64,000 bases of DNA from Candidatus Roizmanbacteria bacterium RIFCSPLOWO2_01_FULL_40_13 (GTDB lineage: Bacteria; Patescibacteriota; Microgenomatia; UBA1406; GWC2-37-13): positions 7,916-71,915 of the forward strand of contig MGAN01000002.1 in the NCBI GenBank assembly GCA_001789745.1, given 5' to 3'. Numbering within the stretch: position 1 is the stretch's first letter; the number at the start of each line of letters is the position of its first letter. This document shows, one piece after another, positions 45,485 through 54,314 of the stretch. A model generated the notes under the pieces. The model searched no databases. It saw only the letters and a list, made by a program, of their open reading frames with translations, and was not told the origin of the DNA. A program made the translations under genes and the position numbers.

Positions 45485-46411
45485 CTAACTTTTCCTAATA
45501 TAAAGCTCTAGAATACTGCCATATCCACCGATATTTAGCCAAGGGGTAAAAAGAGGAGCAAGCAGTTTGTCAAAGAAAAGATATTTGACATTTTGAAAGC
45601 CTCTCCTGTACCCGCTCATTGGTAAGGAGGGGGTTGAAGGGCGGTTTGAGTTATTTTTAGACCCGTGACCGGTATTTTTAAGTTTTGTTTTCAATATTCC
45701 CATCAGATGCTCAGGTTGACTATAAGATGAAGCTCTAAGAATTTCAACCCGCTTGATTTTTTTAAAGAGAAATTTAAGGGAGGCAAGGGAAAATAACCAG
45801 ATGTGGTCGGGAGGAGTCAAAAAAGTGTAGTTGGTTTTTTCTGCTTTGAACAAGCGGCTATTCAGATTAGGTGTTTCAATATACAAAATTCCACCGGGAT
45901 TTAGCAAATCCAAGACTTTGGTTATAAAATCATGAGGATACGGAATATGCTCGATGAGATGAGTCAAAGTGATAAAATCAAAAGTTTGTGATTTGTATCG
46001 TTCATAATATTTTTCGAAACTTAAGTTTTTCACTTTGGTTTTTAACCGGAGATTAATTGCCGTTTTATATATTTTTTTGGCTGGTTCAACGCCGCTCACC
46101 CGAAAATTCAAATTATTTGCTTCGTCCAAAAAGTAGCCAAAGCCTGAACCTATATCGAGCAGTTTCCTACCCCGAGAATTAAATTCCTTAAGCTTTGCCA
46201 GAATTTTTCCGGCCCGCAGACGATTTTGCTCTTCGTTCGCCTCGCCGGCCGTATATTCGAAATCGGATCGGTAGTATTTGGTTAAAATCTGTAAGGGCGG
46301 CCGGGGATGTAAAAAAAGAGCAGTGCAGTTATGGCATTGGTAGTAAGAATAATTTTCGATCTTGTGGAAGAATTCGGTCTGGTTTGAACCGCAGATTTCG
46401 CAGGTTGGCAT
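45485..46411 (-). CDS. class I SAM-dependent methyltransferase with N-terminal Zn ribbon
   Basis: CEICGS...CHNC and motif I LLDIGSGFGYFL. Methyltransf_11/23-like. Confidence 0.8.
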   Translation of the reverse strand: MPTCEICGSNQTEFFHKIENYSYYQCHNCTALFLHPRPPLQILTKYYRSDFEYTAGEANEEQNRLRAGKILAKLKEFNSRGRKLLDIGSGFGYFLDEANNLNFRVSGVEPAKKIYKTAINLRLKTKVKNLSFEKYYERYKSQTFDFITLTHLIEHIPYPHDFITKVLDLLNPGGILYIETPNLNSRLFKAEKTNYTFLTPPDHIWLFSLASLKFLFKKIKRVEILRASSYSQPEHLMGILKTKLKNTGHGSKNNSNRPSTPSLPMSGYRRGFQNVKYLFFDKLLAPLFTPWLNIGGYGSILELYIRKS

Positions 46412-46443
46412 GACAAATTATCTACATTCGGCAAGGATTTGTC

Positions 46444-46461
46444 TGTGGATTATAATCCACA
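46444..46461. promoter_or_regulatory. perfect 18-bp palindrome tgtggattataatccaca containing TATAAT on both strands (operator-like)
   Basis: Self-complementary as read. Lies 32 nt upstream of the methyltransferase ATG. Confidence 0.45.
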
Positions 46462-46621
46462 ATATAAGAGAGTTAGACTCTTACAACAGCTTAATATATT
46501 CTATATATATGATTGTGAAAACATTGTATTAAGAGTATGGCGATCGCCATATAGTTTTGGCAATATTTTTCTATGGAGTTAGGAAGAAAAGAACTAAAAT
46601 AAAAAAGTAATTTTTTTTAAT

Positions 46622-46930
46622 CTATAAAATAGTAATTTCACCGTTTATCATCGTATCAAACTGTGTTTCATTAGGCATAGCTTTAGGAAAAGAAAGTGAA
46701 CCACCGATTAATTTTAAATCACGCTTTTGTATAAATAAAATTCCTGCAAAAACCCCTATTTTTAATGTGTTTTCATCTACTAATAAATCAAGTTTTATAG
46801 CAACTTTATTATGAAACGGATTACCAAATCCATCGACATTCCAAATGTATATCATGGGAGGCATTAATGTTCCGAGAAATTTAAGATCTTCCTTCTCAGG
46901 TAAATTATTAATAGCTTCTGCTAGTTTCAT
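46622..46930 (-). CDS. hypothetical small protein in a very AT-rich islet
   Basis: 102-aa ORF with no recognisable motif. The surrounding 46.4-47.06 kb is visibly more AT-rich than its neighbours. Confidence 0.4.
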   Translation of the reverse strand: MKLAEAINNLPEKEDLKFLGTLMPPMIYIWNVDGFGNPFHNKVAIKLDLLVDENTLKIGVFAGILFIQKRDLKLIGGSLSFPKAMPNETQFDTMINGEITIL

Positions 46931-47059
46931 GAAATTTGTCGATTATATAATAATAAAGCTAAGAATTCAATTCATCAATGGTTATTATTAAATTGTGATA
47001 GGTTGGGAAATTAAAACGATTTCGCAGATACAAATACACCCGAAGTGCAACAAAAAAAA

Positions 47060-48265
47060 TTATTTAGGGACGAATAATAAAACATTGGGAAGGGCGCGGC
47101 CGGGACCGGATTTATAGCCTCCGGCTGTCCAGAGGGCTGTAGATCCTCCGTCGTCAAGATTGAGAGCATATTGAATTCCCATAGTTGAGAGAACTTTGGC
47201 CGATTCGCCGACCGTAGCATTATGGACGACTCCGATGTACACGGTTGAACCGCTGGCTCCGACAAAACTCCTGCCGCCTTTGGCACCCTCCTTGGCCTGA
47301 TCTGAACCGCCAAATACGCTTTGTCCTCCTGCAACCAGCAAGGGTCGATTGGCAAGCACGGCATCGACTCCGGTGTCGCGTCCCCACTCGGATGACGCTC
47401 CGACGAAGCGGGCGGAATTGCCCTGGAAAATTACCGCAGGCACATTGCTGTAGACATTGTTGGATGAATTAAAATAAATCTTGTTTTTATTCATAAGCAA
47501 GGTATCGAAGCTATTGGCTTTACCGGCACAGCTGGGGTATGAGGCGGGACAGAAGTAGCTGCCGTTTATTCCGGCAAAAGCGCCGTTGCGTGACACATAA
47601 GCAGCTAAGGGCAGGACCGGACAATTATCCGAACAATCCCCGTCTGAGGCGGTGTCGACTATCACTCGAGCAGAGTTGAGATCGGCTGTGACAATCGAGA
47701 CCAAAAATTCACCAAGGTCAGTTGTGACAACCTGTCTTGAGTAACCTGAAGATGGCGGCGTATTGCTTTGGGGAGCATTGGCCGGGATGACAAAAGAGGC
47801 AAGAACTTTATTTTTCTCGACAACAACCCTGGCGGAAAAATCTTTAAGTTCTGCTTCGGCTGAGGCATAGTTGCGTTCCGACAGCATTGTCAGGATCCGA
47901 GCATATGCGCCGTCAAATTCTTCCGTCTTTTTGCTGACCTCTTTCAGATCCAGCAGCTTTTCGTAAACATCGACAGCCAAGCCGTAGGTCGTTTCGATAG
48001 CTCCGATATCCTGCTCAAGTTTTCTATTGATCAGGTACTGATCCTCCTGCTTTAGTTTTTCCAATTCCAGGGCGGATCTGCTTAGTTTTTTTTGGGTGGA
48101 AGTGCGTTTCCTAGTTTCGGCTTCGATTTGGGTGGTGAGCTTTTGTTTTTCCCGGGTGAGATTATAGTAAAGTCCATAGCTTAATAGATAGCCCGAAACC
48201 GCAATGAGAGTAAAAATAGTTAAAGATAGACGGGCTCTGTGAAGAGCGAAGTTTTTCAGATTCAT
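47060..48265 (-). CDS. membrane-anchored coiled-coil protein with phosphodiester glycosidase (NAGPA/DUF2233) domain
   Basis: N-terminal TM and a coiled coil. C-terminal GINGSYF ... ALNLDDGGSTALW is typical of the NAGPA domain. Confidence 0.7.
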   Translation of the reverse strand: MNLKNFALHRARLSLTIFTLIAVSGYLLSYGLYYNLTREKQKLTTQIEAETRKRTSTQKKLSRSALELEKLKQEDQYLINRKLEQDIGAIETTYGLAVDVYEKLLDLKEVSKKTEEFDGAYARILTMLSERNYASAEAELKDFSARVVVEKNKVLASFVIPANAPQSNTPPSSGYSRQVVTTDLGEFLVSIVTADLNSARVIVDTASDGDCSDNCPVLPLAAYVSRNGAFAGINGSYFCPASYPSCAGKANSFDTLLMNKNKIYFNSSNNVYSNVPAVIFQGNSARFVGASSEWGRDTGVDAVLANRPLLVAGGQSVFGGSDQAKEGAKGGRSFVGASGSTVYIGVVHNATVGESAKVLSTMGIQYALNLDDGGSTALWTAGGYKSGPGRALPNVLLFVPK

Positions 48266-48316
48266 GACAGGGTTAATTTAAGATCCGGATTTAATTAAGA
48301 GTATAATATTCAGATC

Positions 48317-49180
48317 ATGAAGTCAAAAAGAAATTTTATTAACAACAATTCCGCCATAGGCGCGATGACAAAAAGAAAGATTGAATTATCGCTTTTGATG
48401 ATTACAAAAAATTCTGACGAGTTGTTGGCAAAGAGCCTGCGATCGGTGGAGGGTATGGTAGATGAGATTGTGATTGTGGATAATTACTCAACTGATAGGA
48501 CCGGGGAGATAGCCGGAAAATACGGGGCAAAGATTTATCCGCGGCGAAGCGAAAATCTGGGTGGACAAAAAGCTTATGGTTTGCATAAAGTAAAAGGCGA
48601 TTGGGTTTTGAATTTGGATGCGGATGAGATAGTGAGTTACAAATTAAAAAGAGATATTATTTCATTATTTCGCGGCAGACCCACCCTTAAATCTCATACT
48701 TATCAAGGAAGGGTAAAAGGGATGACGGGATATTATATTCCATTTCAAAATCATTTTTTAGGGAGGACCCTTAATTACGGAGGTGAAAATTACAAAATGT
48801 TGAGGCTTTTTAAGAAAGATGCGGTTAAGATAGATCCTGTTTTGCTGCACGAGCGATTTGAGTTAAAAAGAGGGAGCGCCGGAAGGCTTGGCGGGAAAAT
48901 CTATCATTACTCTTACCGCTCTTTGAGACAGATGTTCGGCAAGTTTACCGATTATGCGATACGCGAGTTCAAGCAGAAAAGCAGAAAGGGTGAAAAAGGC
49001 GGATTGAAGAAAATCCTGCTTTATCCCCCGCACATGTTCCTCGCAAGATTTGTTAAGGATAAAGGGTATAGGGACGGATTGATCCGCATTCCACTGGATA
49101 TAGGATTTGCTTATATGGAATACCTTACTTACTTTCTATTGACTTTTTATGAACCAAAAAAATTAAAAATTAAAAATTAA
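48317..49180 (+). CDS. family 2 glycosyltransferase
   Basis: IVDNYSTDRT and LNLDADE (DxD). TATAAT lies 9 nt upstream of the ATG. Confidence 0.82.
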   Translation: MKSKRNFINNNSAIGAMTKRKIELSLLMITKNSDELLAKSLRSVEGMVDEIVIVDNYSTDRTGEIAGKYGAKIYPRRSENLGGQKAYGLHKVKGDWVLNLDADEIVSYKLKRDIISLFRGRPTLKSHTYQGRVKGMTGYYIPFQNHFLGRTLNYGGENYKMLRLFKKDAVKIDPVLLHERFELKRGSAGRLGGKIYHYSYRSLRQMFGKFTDYAIREFKQKSRKGEKGGLKKILLYPPHMFLARFVKDKGYRDGLIRIPLDIGFAYMEYLTYFLLTFYEPKKLKIKN

Positions 49181-49182
49181 GA

Positions 49183-51180
49183 GTGAAAAATTACAAATCA
49201 AAATTAAAAGTCGGTTTTATTGTTGTTTTATACAAAACTCCACTCACAGAAATAAACCGCATCGAAAACGAGATAATCAAACTCGGCTTTACAGACTTTC
49301 AGATTTATTTTATTGATAATTCAAAGGAGAACAAAGGATACGCAGGAGGGGCAAATAGTGCGATAGAACAGGCAAAAATTGATAATTGCGAATTGCTGAT
49401 TGTAATAAATCCAGATATCTCTTTCAAAAAATTGAAATCTAAAGATCTCCTGGCCGGAGGTAAGCATTTTGATATCTGGGGATTGGCGATGAGGCAGCGG
49501 GGGAAGATATATTATGGCGGCAGTCTTGATCCCTGGAGGCTGACGGGGGGATTGATTGACGAGAGACCCAGCAAAAGATTCGTCAAAACGGACTGGATTT
49601 CCGGATCACTGCTGATAATCAAAAAAAAAGTCACAGATAAGGTCGGTCTTTTCGACGAGGAATATTTTATGTATTACGAAGATGTGGATTTTTGTCTTAG
49701 GGCAAGAAAGTCGGGATTCCGGACCGGAGTTGACAGCGGCAAAGTTTATGATCATTTTGAATGGTTTTCCTCCAATCCGGAAAAGGAGAAATTATTGAAT
49801 ACGGCAAGATGGAAGTTTTTCCGAAAATATGCAAATTTCCGGCAGCGGGCGTATGAATTGCTGAGAAGCCCGAAGCATTTATTGGAAAAACAGCGATTCT
49901 GGACTCCACGATTCTTAAAGAGCTACGAGGGGCGGGCAAGCCGGAATGACAAAAAATACAAATTTATTCTCAATTTCGGCAGTTTAAATATCTCTTCTTT
50001 AATAAATAAAACGCTCAATTTTATTTTGTTTGTATTTCTCATCCGTTATTTGAGCCCGGAGGATTATGGAACCTATACTTTAGTCTGGACGCAGGCTGCG
50101 ATTTTTTCGCCTTTTGTCGATCTGGGGACAACTTCATATGGCCTGATCGATCTGCCGACCGAAAAAAAACAAAAATTCCTAACGATGCATAATTTAAGAC
50201 TATTTGTGTCGCTTATCGCCTTTGTCCTGACAATCGCAAGCGGCCTAGCGCTTTTCAAAGATAACCCTAAGATCATAAATTACTTAGCTCTTACTTCATT
50301 TATAATTTTTTCCAATATGTGGTCGGGCAGCTATCTCATACTTAATGCCCTGCGGGGTAAACTGTATAACTCGGCCATGGTATCAATATTATTCAACCTC
50401 GTTCTAATATGTAGCCTGATTGTTCTGATGATTTTTTTTAGATCTCTGGCTGTAATTTTTCTGGCGGTTTTTTTATTTTACAGTCTTTATTCCTTAATCA
50501 ATTATTTGCTGATCAGAAAAGATTTTACCCCCCTCAAATTCAAACTTGATTTTGCCGCCTGGAAAAAACTGTTGAGGAAATCTTATCTGTATGTGCTTAT
50601 CGGATTTTTTGCGGGGATATACTTTCGCCTTGATTTGTATCTTTTAAAGATTCTCAAAAGCGAAGCGGAGGTTGGGATATACTCGTCGGGATTTAAATTT
50701 TTCGAGGCCTTGATGTTTGTTGCGGCAAGCTATAATATCACCAGAATCCCGATCTTTGCCAGAATAATCAAAAACAGCAGGTCAAAGTTTTTAGAGCTGG
50801 TTGGAAAAGACCTGATCGCGCTTTTGACCGTTGGCATAACCATACTTTTATCCGTCTACTTTTTGTCACCGGTATTTTTGCCTTTCGTACTTAAGGGCGG
50901 ATATCTCACGGCCATAAGAGTATTGAAGATAGTGATTTTTGCTTTCCCACTGATACTTGTTAGTTCGGTTCTTATCAACTCGCTTTACGTCATGCAAAAA
51001 GCTTATCTGGTACTGGTGATTTTTATGCTTCAGACCGGTATAAATTTCCTGCTCAACCTATATTTTATCCCTAAATTTTCTTATATTGCCTCGGCATATA
51101 TTACGGTAGTCTCGGAGATGGTTAATTTAATATTATTGGGTTCTGTATTTTTAAATTCGTGGAAGAAGAGTAATTTATAA
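49183..51180 (+). CDS. fusion ORF: GT2 (rhamnosyltransferase-like) domain + MOP/Wzx-type polysaccharide flippase domain
   Basis: N-terminal half: GYAGGANSAI, FDEEYFMYYEDVDFCLRARKSGF. C-terminal half: about 12 TM starting ...FLIRYLSPEDYGTY. Junction at 49893-49950 is a family D repeat. GTG start. Confidence 0.75.
   Translation: MKNYKSKLKVGFIVVLYKTPLTEINRIENEIIKLGFTDFQIYFIDNSKENKGYAGGANSAIEQAKIDNCELLIVINPDISFKKLKSKDLLAGGKHFDIWGLAMRQRGKIYYGGSLDPWRLTGGLIDERPSKRFVKTDWISGSLLIIKKKVTDKVGLFDEEYFMYYEDVDFCLRARKSGFRTGVDSGKVYDHFEWFSSNPEKEKLLNTARWKFFRKYANFRQRAYELLRSPKHLLEKQRFWTPRFLKSYEGRASRNDKKYKFILNFGSLNISSLINKTLNFILFVFLIRYLSPEDYGTYTLVWTQAAIFSPFVDLGTTSYGLIDLPTEKKQKFLTMHNLRLFVSLIAFVLTIASGLALFKDNPKIINYLALTSFIIFSNMWSGSYLILNALRGKLYNSAMVSILFNLVLICSLIVLMIFFRSLAVIFLAVFLFYSLYSLINYLLIRKDFTPLKFKLDFAAWKKLLRKSYLYVLIGFFAGIYFRLDLYLLKILKSEAEVGIYSSGFKFFEALMFVAASYNITRIPIFARIIKNSRSKFLELVGKDLIALLTVGITILLSVYFLSPVFLPFVLKGGYLTAIRVLKIVIFAFPLILVSSVLINSLYVMQKAYLVLVIFMLQTGINFLLNLYFIPKFSYIASAYITVVSEMVNLILLGSVFLNSWKKSNL
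49893..49950. repeat. family D element translated in frame at the GT2/flippase junction (FWTPRFLKSYEGRASRND)
   Basis: cgattctggactccacgattcttaaagagctacgaggggcgggcaagccggaatgac aligns with 2270-2326. Confidence 0.7.
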
Positions 51181-51195
51181 TTTAATCCACAACAA

Positions 51196-51258
51196 CGATT
51201 CCGGATACGGCTTCTCTCGATTAAATCGGGATTCGAAATGCAAGCAGTCCGGAATTAC
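51196..51258. repeat. family D element copy 3 (intergenic)
   Basis: cgattccgg...tccggaattac, preceded by aacaa as in copy 1. Confidence 0.6.
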
Positions 51259-51272
51259 AGCAGTATCATTTT

Positions 51273-52301
51273 ATGAAAATATCGCTTGACGGAGGCGCAC
51301 TTTGCACCAAGGGCTATCTTCGCTTCGGCAACTATATCTTTACAAGAAATCTGATTGAGACAACCCGAATAAATAATAGTAAAGACGAATACACTGTGTA
51401 CTCGTTCTGCCCCAAGCCAAATTGGTTGAAGACCGACAGCAAGATGCATTTTAGGTATTTGCGTCCGACTACCTTATGGCTTTCAACCAGAGTCAGTCTG
51501 GAGGAGTTGCGATCGCCCAAAAATATATTTCTGGCATTGAATCAGGCGATACCGCTGGCGACCAAAAGCAAAGTAATAGCATTTTCACACGGCCTGTCTT
51601 TTTATTACTTCCCGCAATATTACGCAGATTCGTATCACGCACTGATGGACGAGCTTAATAATATGGTCAAAAAATCGGCAACGATAATCGTAGCGTCTCT
51701 TAGGGTAAAAAAAGAGTTGAGCAGACTTTATCCAACTTTTAAAAATATCAAGGTGATTAATTTCGGAGTGCCATATGATATGGCAGATAACAATTCAGTT
51801 CTTAAGAATAAACAAGTAAAAAGTGATAAATATTTCTTGTTCGCGGGGATGAATAACCAGATAAAAAATATTGAGTTTATCATCTCTGCTTTTAAGCGAT
51901 TTAAGCTAAATAACAAATTTACCAACTATAAACTTTACTTGGCGGGCAACTTAGAAAAATATGAGGATAAAAAATCAGGCGTTTTTGTCTTAAGCGGAAT
52001 TACGCGACTGGTTCTAAAAAAATTATATTCGCAAGCGACTGCCTACCTGACTGCGTCTTTCTATGAGAGTTTTAATTTTCCGGTACTCGAGGCTTTATCT
52101 CAAAACTGTGAAGTGGTCGGATTGGAAACCGCGATTATCCCTGAATTTACTCCTTATGTCAATGTTGCGCAAAATAAAACAGATTTTGTCAAGCTGATGA
52201 CAGATCAGGCAGAGAGTAAAAAAAGCGTATCATACAGGGATAAAGTCTTAAAAAGATTCAGCTGGAATAAGTATTTTTCAAAGCTTAGGGAGTTGTACTG
52301 A
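51273..52301 (+). CDS. family 4 (GT-B) glycosyltransferase
   Basis: ESFNFPVLEALSQNCEVV corresponds to the GT4 E-x7-E region. Confidence 0.75.
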   Translation: MKISLDGGALCTKGYLRFGNYIFTRNLIETTRINNSKDEYTVYSFCPKPNWLKTDSKMHFRYLRPTTLWLSTRVSLEELRSPKNIFLALNQAIPLATKSKVIAFSHGLSFYYFPQYYADSYHALMDELNNMVKKSATIIVASLRVKKELSRLYPTFKNIKVINFGVPYDMADNNSVLKNKQVKSDKYFLFAGMNNQIKNIEFIISAFKRFKLNNKFTNYKLYLAGNLEKYEDKKSGVFVLSGITRLVLKKLYSQATAYLTASFYESFNFPVLEALSQNCEVVGLETAIIPEFTPYVNVAQNKTDFVKLMTDQAESKKSVSYRDKVLKRFSWNKYFSKLRELY

Positions 52302-52302
52302 T

Positions 52303-53442
52303 ATGCTAAAAGTTGCTTTGGTCAGGGGAAAACATCTTAATAATTACGAGGGGCAGAATTATCTTTTTGATTCAGGCCAAGTTCGATTGACCGCGATCGG
52401 ATCGCTTAATCCTATAGACGGAAATTTCCCTTTTCCGGTTATAAGCCTGCCAAGTCCGGCCGACATTCCAATTTTTACTTCTGCGGTCAAATATCTCGCC
52501 AACAGGTTGATAGGAGACATGCATTATCTTTATAGGTTAAATTCGCTGAAAGACAAATTTGACATTTTTCATACGGCTGACCCATATTACTTTTTCAGTT
52601 ATCAGCTGGCAAAACTTAGGCAAAGGAAGTTAATCAAAAAATTAATCTTTACGAGTTGGGAAACAATAGCTTTTAATAACGAAACGGTCGAGAAGAAGAA
52701 GCGGATCAAATACTTTAGCATCGGTCAGGCAGATCTTTTTATCTGCCATACGGAAAAAGCTAAACAAGTATTATTGGCCGAGGGAGTGAAGCCGGACAAA
52801 ATTAGGCTAGTCAGGTTGGGAGTAGATATAAATAAATTTAAGCGTTCAACAATCAACTTTAAACAAAAAAACGACTTAACGATTTTATTTGTGGGGCGAT
52901 TGGCGGAGGAAAAAGGAGTGACGGATTTGTATGAAACTTATAAAAGACTAAAAATGCAAAGATCAAAAATCAAATCCAAAACCCAAAACCTAAAACTTAG
53001 AATTATTGGCCAAGGCGGTTTGGAAAATAACCTTAGAACAGGAATCGCAGACGACGGGTTAAGCGATGACGTGTCATTGGAAAAAAAAGATTACTTTAAG
53101 ATGCCCAGAGTTTATCGGGAAGCGGATGTTTTGGTACTTCCGGCAAAAACGACTAAAACTTGGGAGGAGCAGTACGGGATGGTATTGATCGAGGCGATGG
53201 CGTGCGGATTGCCTATCGTTGCTTATAATAGCGGCGCAATAGGAGAGGTAATAGGCGGGGCCGGTATTCTGGTTAAAGAGGGCAGCGGGCGAGACCTGGC
53301 GTCTGCAATTAAACGCCTGATTGAGAATAGAGCAGAGCGGGAGAAACTTGGTAAAATGGGGAGATATAGGGCAATAAAGTATTTCGCCGCGGGAGATACC
53401 GCCGAGAGATTGAAGCAAATATATTTGCAGATTGCCGGCTAA
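52303..53442 (+). CDS. family 4 (GT-B) glycosyltransferase
   Basis: EQYGMVLIEAMACGLPIVAYNSGAIGEVI. Contains a 42-nt heptamer-periodic insert at 52957-52998. Confidence 0.85.
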   Translation: MLKVALVRGKHLNNYEGQNYLFDSGQVRLTAIGSLNPIDGNFPFPVISLPSPADIPIFTSAVKYLANRLIGDMHYLYRLNSLKDKFDIFHTADPYYFFSYQLAKLRQRKLIKKLIFTSWETIAFNNETVEKKKRIKYFSIGQADLFICHTEKAKQVLLAEGVKPDKIRLVRLGVDINKFKRSTINFKQKNDLTILFVGRLAEEKGVTDLYETYKRLKMQRSKIKSKTQNLKLRIIGQGGLENNLRTGIADDGLSDDVSLEKKDYFKMPRVYREADVLVLPAKTTKTWEEQYGMVLIEAMACGLPIVAYNSGAIGEVIGGAGILVKEGSGRDLASAIKRLIENRAEREKLGKMGRYRAIKYFAAGDTAERLKQIYLQIAG

Positions 53443-53443
53443 G

Positions 53444-53476
53444 GACGAATTCCAACCGCTGCGGTTGGAATTCGTC
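53444..53476. terminator. perfect 16-bp-arm hairpin gacgaattccaaccgc t gcggttggaattcgtc
   Basis: Read directly, immediately after the GT4 stop. No U-tract, so it may be a REP-like element rather than an intrinsic terminator. Confidence 0.45.
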
Positions 53477-53495
53477 TTGGCATAATACTCTAAAT

Positions 53496-54314
53496 ATGAG
53501 AATTACGGCTGTGATACTGACAAAAAATGAGGAGAAAAATATCGTAAGGTGTTTGGAGAGTTTGGACTTCTGTGATGAGGTAATTGCAGTTGATGATTTT
53601 TCAGAAGATAAAACTGTTGAGAAAATCAAAAATCAAAGATCCAAAGTCAAAAGTAATAAAACAAATATTAAAATTTACCAAAGGGAATTGAATGGGGATT
53701 TTGCCGGGCAGAGGAATTTTGCGATGGGGAAAGCAAGTAATGAATGGGTATTATTTATTGACGCTGATGAGGAAGCGACTTATGAATTACAAAAAGAAAT
53801 TAAAAAATATTTTATCGACAACGATCCCGCCACAGGCGGGATGACAAAAATAGATGCGTTTTATCTCAGGCGGCGGGATTTTTTCTGGGGGAGGGAGTTG
53901 AAGTGGGGGGAGACCGTGAAGGTAAGAGATAAAGGACTGATAAGGCTGGTTAAAAAAAATTCAGGAAAATGGGAGGGGAATGTGCATGAGGAATATAAAG
54001 TCAAAAGTCAAAAGTCAAAAGTCAAAAGTCTGAATAATTATCTTAACCATTACCCCCACCAATCAGTGAGGGAATTTCTACAGGAAATAAATTTTTACAG
54101 TTCTGTGAGAGCTAAAGAATTGTTCGAAGAAGGAAAAAGGACAAATATTTTTGAAATTATCTTTTTGCCACCGGGAAAATTTTTACTTACTTATTTTATC
54201 AAATTGGGTTTTCTGGACGGCCCTGCCGGCTTCTCTTACGCGTTTATGATGAGTTTTCATTCATTTTTGGTGAGAAGCAAATTGTATCTATATAACATGA
54301 AACATGAAATATGA
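53496..54314 (+). CDS. family 2 glycosyltransferase
   Basis: AVDDFSEDKT and IDADE. Carries two heptamer tracts (53622-53663 degenerate, 53997-54030 near perfect). Confidence 0.82.
   Translation: MRITAVILTKNEEKNIVRCLESLDFCDEVIAVDDFSEDKTVEKIKNQRSKVKSNKTNIKIYQRELNGDFAGQRNFAMGKASNEWVLFIDADEEATYELQKEIKKYFIDNDPATGGMTKIDAFYLRRRDFFWGRELKWGETVKVRDKGLIRLVKKNSGKWEGNVHEEYKVKSQKSKVKSLNNYLNHYPHQSVREFLQEINFYSSVRAKELFEEGKRTNIFEIIFLPPGKFLLTYFIKLGFLDGPAGFSYAFMMSFHSFLVRSKLYLYNMKHEI
53997..54030 (+). repeat. heptanucleotide tandem repeat (AAAGTCA) x 4.9 inside the GT2 gene
   Basis: Four perfect units plus aaagtc, counted base by base. Encodes KVKSQKSKVKS. Confidence 0.9.

Noticed and set aside
46573-46581. The word ATGGAGTT (unit of the mraZ repeats) also occurs at 17907 and 46573; considered as extra MraZ sites.
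   Set aside because: These are single occurrences of an 8-mer, roughly what chance predicts for this much sequence. There is no 10-bp tandem arrangement.
47011-47472. ORFs 47011-47364 (-), 47245-47472 (+) and 47662-47868 (-).
   Set aside because: They are nested in or antisense to the NAGPA-domain gene, whose frame carries the recognisable domain.
53074-53629. Minus-strand ORFs of 114 and 106 aa.
   Set aside because: They are antisense to the GT4 and GT2 genes and span the 33-nt hairpin. They have no motifs.
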